Shown here piece after piece: positions 48,364 to 58,701 of a stretch of 64,000 nt of DNA. The stretch's first letter is position 1. Each line of letters begins with the position of its first letter. The notes under the pieces were generated by a model that saw nothing but the letters and a program-made list of their open reading frames with translations, did not search any database and was not told the DNA's origin. Source of the stretch: Blepharisma stoltei ATCC 30299 (lineage: Eukaryota; Protista; Ciliophora). The stretch lies in the NCBI GenBank assembly GCA_965603825.1, contig CBFDEM010000057.1:186001-250000 (forward strand), read 5' to 3'. The position numbers and the translations under genes were made by a program.

Positions 48364-49479
48364 TTACCTATTTAATGCCCTTTGTAGCGAACTCTGCAAT
48401 TCTAAAATTTCTTGATCTAGCGACGCGATTTCGTTTTGAAGTTCCCTTTCTTGATTAATTTCACCTTCATACACGTCTGGAATAATTTCTTCATAGGTTT
48501 CTTTCTTTGGACTTTCTCTTGTTGTATTTTTCGAGGATTTCGGAGTTAAAGTGGCTATGACCTCTTTAAGCTGCTCTATAAGTGAGCATTGCTCTGTCAA
48601 GGAACACTGCAACACTTTAATGTGGTCATTCAACATGTTTTTTTCTCTTCCTAGACTATCAATTTTCGTATCTTTTTCTTCTAAAATTCTTTTGAGCTCT
48701 TCAGCTGATTTCACTTCTTTCATTTTTTCTCTTAAATTTTGGGTCTGCTCTTTCATTTTCTCTAGCGCGATTCTATAAGTTTCGATGTTTTCTTCTTTTT
48801 TCTTTAAATTTTGGATTTCTCTGCGCAGTTTTTGATTTTCCAGTTCAATGTCAGCAGAAATGCTTGAGTCTCTCGAATCCTGTTCTAGCACTTTTATGGC
48901 TGATTCCACACATTGAGTAATTTCCCACAAGTTTGACGAAAGTCCTTTTTTGGTCGGCGACAATAGCCCGATTTCTGCTATATAATCAGTCTGCTTTTGC
49001 AATAACTGGCTTACTATAGTCAAATGGCGCTTAGCAGTTGCTGTCTTATACGCTAAAACGCTTTGAGTGTCACTGAGAGCGATTTGTAGCTTGGCAATAG
49101 AATTTTGTTCATCAATCGAATGTGTTTGATTTTGCAGGCTGCTGAGTTCTCGAGAACGATTTTGATCTTCTTCATGGAGTCTTTGAAGTGCATGAATTTC
49201 GCTTTCATTTCTGTGAAGTGTTTGTTTTAACTGAAAATTTTCATGCTGAAGGCTAGCTATTTCTTGGGAACTTAAGTTAAGCTTTGCTTGAGCCTCTTTT
49301 AATGCTTGCTTCGATTTTTTGAAATCTTCCATCTGCTCTTGTGAAATCAAAATTCCTCTGTCGCTTTCTGCTCTTTTATTTAGGATGTTTACGAGGGTTT
49401 CTTCGTCAGAATCTTTTGACACACTTCTTCGTTTTTTGGCGCTTGTGGATCTCTTGCGAGTTTTTGAAGCTTTTTTCAT
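48364..49479 (-). CDS. coiled-coil protein, 371 aa
   Basis: Long ORF with heptad-rich composition. Confidence 0.8.
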   Translation of the reverse strand: MKKASKTRKRSTSAKKRRSVSKDSDEETLVNILNKRAESDRGILISQEQMEDFKKSKQALKEAQAKLNLSSQEIASLQHENFQLKQTLHRNESEIHALQRLHEEDQNRSRELSSLQNQTHSIDEQNSIAKLQIALSDTQSVLAYKTATAKRHLTIVSQLLQKQTDYIAEIGLLSPTKKGLSSNLWEITQCVESAIKVLEQDSRDSSISADIELENQKLRREIQNLKKKEENIETYRIALEKMKEQTQNLREKMKEVKSAEELKRILEEKDTKIDSLGREKNMLNDHIKVLQCSLTEQCSLIEQLKEVIATLTPKSSKNTTRESPKKETYEEIIPDVYEGEINQERELQNEIASLDQEILELQSSLQRALNR

Positions 49480-49537
49480 AATTAAGGGATATTTATATGA
49501 AATTAAGCAATATTGATTTTTTATTATAATTAACAGA

Positions 49538-49945
49538 ATGAATAATAACCGTCTGATACTTGCACAAGTCTTTTTAAGGCTAAGACAAAGAGTTCAGGAT
49601 AGGTAAAAATTAGTCAGAAAAAAAGCACAAGAACAGATTGCTAAAGCAACAAAACTTAGAACAAAAAAATCGTTTAAGAAGCTGGCAAGTGCTGTATTTC
49701 TGTCAAAGAAACAGCCTTTTAAGCAACTTTATTTGAAGTTGTGGCATAATCAAATAGTGTTAATTCAAGAAAAAATAAGGCAGGCTGCATCATTTTCTCA
49801 ACGATATAAACAGAATCAGATTTTTCAAATGTGGAAGGATTCAGTTAATACCCAGCGTGCAAGGAATGAAATTGCAAGCAATTATTATAAGCAGCATTTG
49901 CTCAGGAGGCTTTTCTCTGGCTTCAAAAGCCCCAACAGTAATTAA
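49538..49945 (+). CDS. small basic protein with Sfi1-like (centrin-binding) repeats, two exons, 130 aa
   Basis: ATG 49538; intron 49603-49617 removes an in-frame TAA; about 23-residue periodic A...Y...L/I...F..W pattern. Confidence 0.65.
49603..49617 (+). other. 15-nt intron GTAAAAATTAGTCAG
   Basis: Consensus match; contains an in-frame TAA. Confidence 0.85.
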
Positions 49946-50245
49946 TGCAATTATAATTGGCTACCGTTATAATGATAAGAAAATTAAAGCATAAATGACG
50001 GGTCTATAACTAAAACGTTATATTCGATTTTATATATTCTAAAAATCATTATAGTTTTATTTTATCTCAAATAAAATAAAAATCTATATGCCTTTAAAAT
50101 ATAACAGCTTAATTTTCATAAATGCAAATATAATATTATCCTCTGCATTTTTCCTATTTATTTTTATCATCAGAAGCTTTTATCTTATCCAGCCAATCTC
50201 AACTACTCCTTAATTACTAAGAATTACAATCACTTAATAAATATA

Positions 50246-51352
50246 CTAAATCTCTATCAGTTTAACTTCCTGCTGGCTTCTCAAGCCAGGCACAGTCCTT
50301 ACTTTACTATCGATAAGATGTGTAATTTGCGCAGTCAGCATCGGCAAAAATGACTTCCTAATTTGAAATTCTTGGATCATTTCCAACGCAATTCCTTCCG
50401 GAGTATCTTTACTGAAAAAATACTCAAAAGTAATTGCTTGTGGGCCTTGCAAATAATTTGCAAGACTCATACTAATTGCCACAGACTGTAGCACCACACT
50501 GTTATCAACCAAAACTGGCTCCCTATCAATTTTCGACTCTGAGTTCAAAAAGTCGCTTCTCAGTAACTCTTCAGCTGTTGGACGTGAATCAGCTGGAAGT
50601 AAACACTGCTTGATGAACTCCACAATTTGTGAGTCTTTAATCCTATGCAGCGCTTCCGGTGACTTGTGGCTCATCACCTTTTTAAAAAGCTCTGCGGCAT
50701 TCTGGCATTCCGAATACGGATTTTGCATTGTGCACATTTCAAGTACGCACATTCCAAATGAGTAGATGTCAACGCCAGGCCCGTACCTGTCCTCGTACAT
50801 CTCAGGGGCCATGAAGCTTGGAGTTCCTTTAAAACTTCGCTGAGAGGTCGATAAAGCTGTTGAAAGCCCGAGGTCACCAATTTTGACGTTCCCGGTTGTG
50901 GAGTCCAGGAAAATGTTTTCACATTTGATGTCTCTGTGGACAATTGGAGGGTTTTGAGTATGTAAGTAGCTTAAGCCTTCTAAAATACCCTTGCACCAGT
51001 TTTTAATCACACGGCGTCTTGGCGAACGAATTTTTTTCATGTAGGATTTCAAAGAACCACCGGTGCAGAGATCGGTGATAAAAATGCACTGGCCTGAAGC
51101 AACCCAGGCGCCTCGACATTTTAAGATGTTCGGGTGGTCTAACATTTTGATTAGTGTGATTTCTTCTGTCAGGAGCTTGCGGCGTTTTTCACTGATCGCG
51201 TATAAGTTGACAGCGTTTCAGGCGACTTCGCTGCCACGCTCGAGGTCGTAGGCTTTGTAAACTTTCTTTTGGGCACCGCAGCCAAGCTCTTCTTTATCCC
51301 TTATGAATCTACCTTTAGGTGATCTTTCCACTACTATGATGTCACAATCCAT
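50246..51352 (-). CDS. WNK: WNK-family kinase, 368 aa
   Basis: SPKGRF, GCGAQKKVYKAYD (Lys in subdomain I), EVA-W(TGA 51220-51218)-N, HRDIKCENIF, GDLGL, FMAPEMY; C-terminal ITFE....DTPE.IA.EM autoinhibitory-like motif. Confidence 0.93.
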
Positions 51353-52449
51353 TGGCGATGAAATAATAAAATTAAACAAATTATTTGGATTCAACAATAT
51401 GCCTAGAATAATGAGGATAAAGTAGTGCAAAAGATATTTTCTTAGCAAATATGATTGCAAAATAGATATGCCCTCCTCCATCCATATTTGTAATAGAAAA
51501 TAATTAATTTATACAAATTCATTACTGAATTTAAAGAAAATCCTCCTAGAAGCATTTCTTCAATTTCATGTGAAAAAATTAAATTTTAATTAAGCAAACA
51601 TGCTTGATCTTAAATTATTTATGATTTTAAACTTATTATATAGGCAAGTAGTGATTAAGATCAAATTTTGCTCTCAAATAGATATAAAAATGAATCATAC
51701 ATAATCATAAGGAAACTGCTACATTATCGGTTTAAGTAATGATATATTGTTTTTAATATAAATCCATTTCAGATAATTTCCTTATTTCATTGACAGCTTA
51801 ATAGTAAGAAATAATAAAATTTGTTGCCAGAGCATTCTAACTCAGATTTAAAGATTAAATTTTGAGTAGTTTTGGCGACTAAATAACTTTGCAGCTTATC
51901 TTTGTGCCTTATTTACTTAATTGCCATAGGTTAGCTTCCAGCCATATCAGCGTTTTATATCCTTTGCTTTGTCCACCTTCTTGCTTGGATTCCGAATACA
52001 CAGTCTGAAGGTATGCGTTGCTCTTTCCTACGTGGGCTTGCACTCACACTGCTATCCCTTCCACAAGGTCTCCAACTCCTATTTTGCTGCAGATGTTAAT
52101 AGGACAGACTGGTGCATTTTTAAGTGTGCCTTCTCAGCATATCCACCATCTTTTTTGTAGTGCTAGGGTGCTATTAATATTATTTAAATTTGATGGTTTT
52201 GTCTTTATCTTTCTCAAAAATAAATAAATAGATTCACTAAGATTGCCTGAATACACGAATAAGACTTGTTGAAATATCTTATGATTTACACGGTCAAGTT
52301 TAATATCATTTCTTTGATATTGATATTAGATATACCTGGATCTATAAAGCAGTCAAGATAGAATTGCTAAAAAGCTCGTCAAGGTAAATTTCACACGAGT
52401 TGCTTATAAAACTGACAGATTTTCTATTTGCAGCTTGTCATTTCCTAAT

Positions 52450-52680
52450 GGTAATGCCCTTCCATGGAGCCTGACTCTTTCGTTAAGGTGCTTGATGCAA
52501 TTCATCTATCAAAGCCTGCGTGAGACACATACTAAATTGAGAAAGCTAGCATATGACTGAAAGCAGCAAAGGAGTGGATTGTGCTTGAAAAGATCATAGT
52601 GATAAGGTCCTCAGCCTAAGGCTCAAGAAAGTGGATGAATTTGCCATAGCTGCTCATGGAAAAATAATGCATTGCAGTTA
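52450..52680 (+). pseudogene. possible WD40 remnant
   Basis: IW....KE..VLE / frameshift / DHSDKVLSL.....EFAI with stops. Confidence 0.3.
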
Positions 52681-52768
52681 AAAACTTTAGATCGCAAAAC
52701 TGGATTCTTAATAAAGAAGTAATAATTGAATTAATGGCAAATGAGTTATGTCATTACTTTATAAACTG

Positions 52769-53779
52769 TTAAATAGCGATTAAAGTTTTTTTACATTGAA
52801 AGCATTTTTTTAGTCATGTTTTTTCCAAGCAGTTTGCACAAAAATAGCAATTATGATGCTGAGGGAGATAACTTAATATCCTCGCGATTGGGTTATTCCT
52901 TTCGCATTTGCATGTCCTAGATCTATCATAAGAAAAATTTTCATTCAAATAATGAATAATTGATTTTATTTGTGCCTCTTTCATTTTTTTTTTGGGATGA
53001 GCTGCACATCCACCCCTTATAATTAGCTTTACTGCACAAAATTCGCATTTGCTGCACTCGCATCATAATTTAAATACTTGATTTGGATTTGAGCAATTAC
53101 ATTGTTTTATTTCATAGAATTTTGGAGCTTGTGATAATTCAAATTCAGATAGCTGTTGAGTGCATACACGTTCTCCCATTTCTGAAGTAAAGCATCCACA
53201 AGAAAACTTCTGCTTTCGAGTTAAATGAAAAGAATCTGCAATTCTGCAGTTTTGTATCATGGCTGCAAGCGACTCAATCCTATCGTGATAAGGATAAAGG
53301 ATTTCATACTTAGTTTCATTAAAAGCAAAATAAAAGTAAAAGTCAGAGTTTCCATAAATTGAGATCCTTCCTTCAAAATTATATAGAATAAGCGAAACAT
53401 CAATTTCATTTGCAAATTCCAGAAGCAAACTACTTATTTTTTTATTAGCCTGAGATCCTCGATTTCAATTTTGATTAATCAATCTAGCAAACTCATGATC
53501 TTTAGTCATATTATCAAACTCATTGCAGTCTCTATCCCGAATCACTTTCGATAATTTTTCGAAATAATCATTACTTCAGTTTCTTGAAATCTCTGAAAGT
53601 CTTCGATCAAGAGATCTCTGATAATAATAAAACATCATGTACTCCAGATATCCCATCATTAGTCCAGAGAATAAATCTGTGATTTTTCTGCTCATATAAA
53701 TCATTTGTGCTATTTGGCTGCTTGCATAAGGCTCTTCATCTGAATTGATACACTGCCTTTCTTCTACATTCCTTTGCAT
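52769..53779 (-). CDS. Cys-rich protein: degenerate otubain-like N-terminal region plus RING-like zinc fingers, 336 aa
   Basis: One frame from ATG 53779 through four TGA to TAA 52771-52769; C-terminal Cys/His clusters. Confidence 0.7.
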
Positions 53780-53834
53780 TTTTATAAGAATCATAGTTTT
53801 AAATTATGGTTATTTAATGATAAAAATCGATACA

Positions 53835-54055
53835 TATAAAATGCGGAGCGAGCAAACTGTCTCCCGTGGCAGGAGCCCTTATGTGTGCTGGGCATGGTTT
53901 GGAGTATATTTATGGCCCTGCTATAGCCAGCAACCTTATGTAGAGACATAAAACCAAAAGCCTCTATTTTTGGTCCTAATTCTGTGAGCATTGAATGCAA
54001 CTTCTTTTTTCCAGTGGCACCAGACCCAGTGGGTGCCCGTATAGGCAGAGCATAA
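53835..54055. ncRNA. candidate structured ncRNA, possibly H/ACA snoRNA-like on the - strand
   Basis: GC-rich intergenic island with several hairpins. On the - strand: ACATAA (H-box-like), a hairpin, then AAACCAT-7nt-ACA. Confidence 0.35.
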
Positions 54056-54105
54056 TCTCAAAAAATAGTTTTTTAACAAAATAATTAGGTCTAATTATCT
54101 CTATA

Positions 54106-54396
54106 TTAATCTTGCGTATTTCGAACAAGTGCTAAGTTGTCGCCTTTAAGCATTATTCTTCCTATAGGTCTCCTAGAATTTCTTTTCACTGAAACTTCGA
54201 CTGCGTCATCAAGAACTAAATTCATATACTCATCAAAGCCAATGATTTTCCCTTCAATTCTCATATCTGTGTTTTCGAATAGCCAAATCTGTACAGTCAC
54301 TCCCTTTCTTAAAAACCCAAACAGCAAGCCCTACATAGCCCTTACCAATGGCTTTATCATGTTTTGCATCTTCTTGGCGACCCTTGGAAACTCCAT
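54106..54396 (-). CDS. SNRPE: small nuclear ribonucleoprotein Sm E, two exons
   Basis: VQIWLFE....RIEG.IIGFDEYMNLVLDDA.E, GRIMLKGDN; intron 54331-54345. Confidence 0.96.
54331..54345 (-). other. 15-nt intron GTAAGGGCTATGTAG
   Basis: Contains an in-frame TAG; removal restores the SmE N-terminus (MIKPL|GLLFGFL). Confidence 0.93.
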
Positions 54397-54409
54397 TTAA
54401 GAAAATTAT

Positions 54410-55309
54410 TTAATTATCTGGATTTAAGACCTGTGAATTGTTTACACTTTGTTTGGAGTCGTTCGTGCTTTCTATAGCAACTTGTCCATTAGATAGCATT
54501 GGCCTGTAAACTTGGTTAAGTTTATTCAAGCATCTATCACAAACTATTGGTCTGACATGATCTAATGGGTAGCTTTCTTTCAGCTTACTTGTCAATGTCA
54601 TTATTTGTGTTTCCAAATCATTTTTTCGATTCCTCAAATTCTCAGCTTCGCCTTTAAGACTCTCCAGCTGTGCTTCAGCCTCTGCACATTTTTGATTCAT
54701 ATCAGTTTCTGACTTCCCAGCATTATCAAGCTCATTTCTGATATCCTCAATAGCTTTCCTTGTTTTTTCCGCTTTAATTTGTTCATCATTCAGTCTATCC
54801 TGCAAAAGCTGCTCTTTTTGTTTTTGGCTTCTTTCAGCTTTTGACAGCTCCATCTCAAGTTGTCCTACCCTCGATGTTTTTTCATAGTGATCTTTATACA
54901 ATTTTTCATTTAATTCTCTTGCATTTTGTACCTCTGTCTGCAATCTTGATATTTCCCCTTCAATTTCAGATTGGATTTCATTTCTGATCAGTTCTCTATC
55001 GCAGTTATCACAGATGCGCAGTCTTTTTTGCTCATCTTTAGTTCTCCTTTTAATGCCATGCTCCTCACATATGGAGTTTCCACAAAATCTGCAGTGATGC
55101 CGCCGTCTGGTTGTGTGGTTGAATTTTTTTTGACAGATGTAGCATTCCTTCGCTTTTTTCCATTCAACGTTTTCACCTTTTAAGCCTCTCGGGAGCTGGC
55201 CAAATATGCTTGAATTCGAATTTATTGAGGAAGAGATGCTGCTTTTACTAGAGTTAAAGCTGCCTTCTTGGGAAACACTTCGGGTGTATTTGGGATTTCG
55301 AAAAGACAT
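54410..55309 (-). CDS. FYVE zinc-finger plus coiled-coil protein
   Basis: W.....C..C...F....RRHHCRFCG..IC..H...RICDNC. Confidence 0.9.
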   Translation of the reverse strand: MSFRNPKYTRSVSQEGSFNSSKSSISSSINSNSSIFGQLPRGLKGENVEWKKAKECYICQKKFNHTTRRRHHCRFCGNSICEEHGIKRRTKDEQKRLRICDNCDRELIRNEIQSEIEGEISRLQTEVQNARELNEKLYKDHYEKTSRVGQLEMELSKAERSQKQKEQLLQDRLNDEQIKAEKTRKAIEDIRNELDNAGKSETDMNQKCAEAEAQLESLKGEAENLRNRKNDLETQIMTLTSKLKESYPLDHVRPIVCDRCLNKLNQVYRPMLSNGQVAIESTNDSKQSVNNSQVLNPDN

Positions 55310-55381
55310 TTAGAAAAAATCATAAATAGGGAAATGGTTATTGAAAAATAAACAATTTAAATTATAAAGTTTCAGAGTAAG

Positions 55382-55798
55382 TTAGGTTACTTTAAATAGC
55401 TTTCGGCTGGAGATAACAATCAGCAGTTCTAATAAAAAAGGAATCAAAGCTAGGAACCCCCAGATCACCCAAAATATGTAAGGATTTCATTTGTCAAGGA
55501 TAAACCATGCTACAAATAGAGTGCCAAGAGAATGCAAAAGAACTTCAAAAACATTGATTTTGTCATAAAAGAGTGCAAGACCTGATAATAGGACTAAGAT
55601 TTCGAATACTAAGCATATAAATGAAAGAACAACACATACAACAAGAGATGTATTCGCATTGCTGTAGTTGTCTCCATCTTCATCATAATTTGACCTCAAA
55701 ATTTCTGCTCTCACATAAGCAACGACAATAGTGAGAAATAGCTGACTGATGCATGCTATAAATTTGATGCTGATTAGTTTGTCTGTGATGCTTACCAT
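55382..55798 (-). CDS. TMEM107: TMEM107-like ciliary transition-zone membrane protein, 138 aa
   Basis: Four hydrophobic helices; E....LSG..LF, H..G......FI.DK-W(TGA 55489-55487)....W.I......P...E. Confidence 0.78.
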
Positions 55799-55982
55799 AA
55801 TGAAAAATTATTTGTTTTATTAAGTTTAAAATGTGATATTGCCGCAATTATTATTTAAAATATCCAGCCTTTTATAATAAAAATTTTATAACCCTTTCTT
55901 AGAGTAATTAATAAAGTGGCTTTATACTAAATAATAATATATACATACAAAATAAAACACAGATCTTATTACCAATAAAATA

Positions 55983-56867
55983 ATGGTGAAACTCGAGAAT
56001 TACAGCGGTCTTACCAAGAAGCAAGAAGATTTACTCAAAACCCACTATTGCTTTGACAGCTTTGGGCTGATAAATCTCAATTTAGTTCAAAATGACTATA
56101 CCTTCCACACTAGAGCTTCAGCAAAACATCCAAATGCACTTGCTCCAATTCTTGCATCAACTTGGCTTCAGCTTCGTAAAAACAATATGTCATTGAAATC
56201 TAAACTCCGCACAGATGGTTTATCCCACTTTATCTATGAAACGACGCCTAAATCAATTATTGAAAATACCAAGCTTAAAGCTGAATGGAAAACTTCCCAA
56301 GTAAAAGGGGTTCAAAATACAGAGCCAAGTGCTACCATTGAGTTTTCAAACCCAAATGCCAAAGCCAAATTGACATTTGTTGAAAATCCTCTCCAATTAA
56401 AAGGAAATCTGACTCTAGGTAAGCCTCAATATGGTATTGGTTTTGATGGGAAATTTGATCTTGTCTCCCAAAAGTTGACAGGATATAATTTAGCCTTATG
56501 GTTTTTCAGAAAACACTCAAAAATAGTCTTAAAGCACATAGGGACAAATGCTGAAGAGCTTGCTCTTGGAAACATTGAGTTTTCTTTCTATCAAAAGTTG
56601 AGTCCTTTGGCTCATTTTGGATCAAAAATTATTACCAAAGCAAGAGGAGGAGAAACAAGTATTGAGTTTGGAGGAGACTATAAATACAGTGACGATACTT
56701 TGCTGAAAGCTAAGTTGAACACTGAAGGAAAATTAGGGCTGGCATTGTCCAAACAATTGAGTAAATCTTTAAGATTCAGCTTAGGGTCTGAAATTGATAC
56801 AAAAGAAATAGCTGCAAATCGCTTCCACGATTATAAGCTAGGGTTTCGCTTGGATTTTTATCATTAG
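55983..56867 (+). CDS. VDAC: mitochondrial porin (VDAC family)
   Basis: 294 aa; N-terminal helix Y..L.K...DLL...Y; LKAKLN..G.LGL; terminal KLGF.L.F beta-signal. Confidence 0.85.
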   Translation: MVKLENYSGLTKKQEDLLKTHYCFDSFGLINLNLVQNDYTFHTRASAKHPNALAPILASTWLQLRKNNMSLKSKLRTDGLSHFIYETTPKSIIENTKLKAEWKTSQVKGVQNTEPSATIEFSNPNAKAKLTFVENPLQLKGNLTLGKPQYGIGFDGKFDLVSQKLTGYNLALWFFRKHSKIVLKHIGTNAEELALGNIEFSFYQKLSPLAHFGSKIITKARGGETSIEFGGDYKYSDDTLLKAKLNTEGKLGLALSKQLSKSLRFSLGSEIDTKEIAANRFHDYKLGFRLDFYH

Positions 56868-57467
56868 ATTAGATTAGATTCATAAGGTCTTTTAAGTACC
56901 CTTTTCGTTAGCTGCGCATTCAAAGTTATGCCTGCAAGGTGGTAGAATATCCGTATAGGAACAAAACCTGAATTCATGGTAAAGGCAAAGGTCATTTACT
57001 GGCTGTTCTACCGTCTTCATTCAAACCAAGAAGTTGCCAAATTAGACTAATTTACACCCTTCCAACGCCAGATTCCACTATCACGGACCATTTTCAAGGG
57101 AGAGGCCGATTTCATCGTCTAACTTGCGTTTCTTTTTGCTGTCATCACGAGAAAAAACCAACATTTAAGCTTATTTGAGCTTCTAATACAATTTCTTTTG
57201 TTTTACATAAATAATTGCTTATATAATAATTGCTAAAATCCTACTTTTTATAATTAAATCCTATTATAATTACCTCATTTTATTAAAACTGGGATAATAC
57301 GAGCATAAGAATAATCAATGATTTTGCGTATAGTTTAAAACAATCTCTATTCCAGCTTATTATTAAAAATGCTAAATTCTAATATCCGACAACTTTCCAT
57401 TTTACTGAAAACATTAAAAAGAAATAACAAGCGTTTTTATTAAATCTGCATTGCTTAATTATTGAGA

Positions 57468-58103
57468 TTAGCACTCTCTTTGAGGTCTCGTCTCCAAATA
57501 ATTCTTGAACGTTTGACAGTTCATCATCCTTTGGTGCCATTGCATAAGCTTAGGTGCATTAGTTGTGCACATAGTTCCGCATTGTTCAATCTTTCCTGGT
57601 TTCGTGCAGTACTCCCACAACATCTGGAAAACGTAAAAGTCAGCCATCGTGACGCTGTTTCCAACAAAGAACCCATTCCCATTATTGTTTCTCTCAAGTC
57701 TTGTTTCAATCTTTCTCAGAAAAGTTGGCATTTTTTCCGTACAACATCGTCTCATGCCTTCAATGTCTCTATCTTCGTGCATCTTCATAAACATCTTATT
57801 GATATTGCAGCAGAACTCGCAGATTGAGTCCATCATGTACATTTCCATAGGGGTGTTTGGGAGGTATCCGAACTTGTGGGCAATATATTTTGATACAGCA
57901 AATGGTTCAACTAGTCTGCATCCATCTATTTCCATGACTGGAAGAGTGTCGAACTCAGAAAATCCGGAGGTTTTCAAGTGGGTCCACTCTTGCTCGTTGA
58001 TCCGGTGGTCGTTAAAGTTGGTGTTGTGGTACTTGAACATCATACGGATTGGTTCAGCGGTGCCAAACATATCGAAATAGTGGAGAGTTGGTTGCTGCTG
58101 CAT
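57468..58103 (-). CDS. sigma-class glutathione S-transferase-fold protein, Met/Cys-rich, 211 aa
   Basis: LHYF...G.AEPIR, LPV.EIDG, FFVGNSVT.ADF, KNYLETRP; first ATG at 58103. Confidence 0.9.
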   Translation of the reverse strand: MQQQPTLHYFDMFGTAEPIRMMFKYHNTNFNDHRINEQEWTHLKTSGFSEFDTLPVMEIDGCRLVEPFAVSKYIAHKFGYLPNTPMEMYMMDSICEFCCNINKMFMKMHEDRDIEGMRRCCTEKMPTFLRKIETRLERNNNGNGFFVGNSVTMADFYVFQMLWEYCTKPGKIEQCGTMCTTNAPKLMQWHQRMMNCQTFKNYLETRPQREC

Positions 58104-58701
58104 TCTTTTTATTATAAAACCACCATATTTTGTTTCCAATCAGAACGATTTTGATACATAAATGGTGAACTTGTGGATGTGGATTTTTCAGAGAAACTGA
58201 CAGATAAGAGTTTTAGTTTAGGATGGAATAAGGAATAGCCCTTTACAAACAAGATTAGAAAGCTTTCTTATGCATATTGTTAAATTATTTCTTGGTCTTC
58301 TTTATGATTAAGCATAACTCATTTATAATGTGCTAGCAAAATCATCTCTAAATTTATTTATTCATTGATTCTGTTTCTCATTAGTGCTAACTCTATCATT
58401 GAATTACATTAAAGAGTATATATTTGATTATCTAAGAAGTCAATATTTTATTAAATTCTCTCATTTTATTACCGAACAGATTTTTATTTTGAATCATGAT
58501 TTTTAATGATAAATAGAGCTTCTCATATTTATTATCAGATTTAATATTATTATAATTATTTCACTTAGAGCTTATAAATTACTCTTAAATCAATATTTTA
58601 CGCTTATTTTCCTATTCTTTTTATTAAGTAGTTACCGAACTTAGCATAAACATATTATTTTTAATTACCTCTAAATTCACAAATGAATAATACATTTTAT
58701 A

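Noticed and set aside
51353-51481. N-terminal extension of WNK (MEEGISIL...) and similar extensions at 45574-45624 and 58104-58139
   Set aside because: AT-rich UTR-like sequence or non-ATG starts; the downstream ATGs fit the family N-termini or the coding boundary better.
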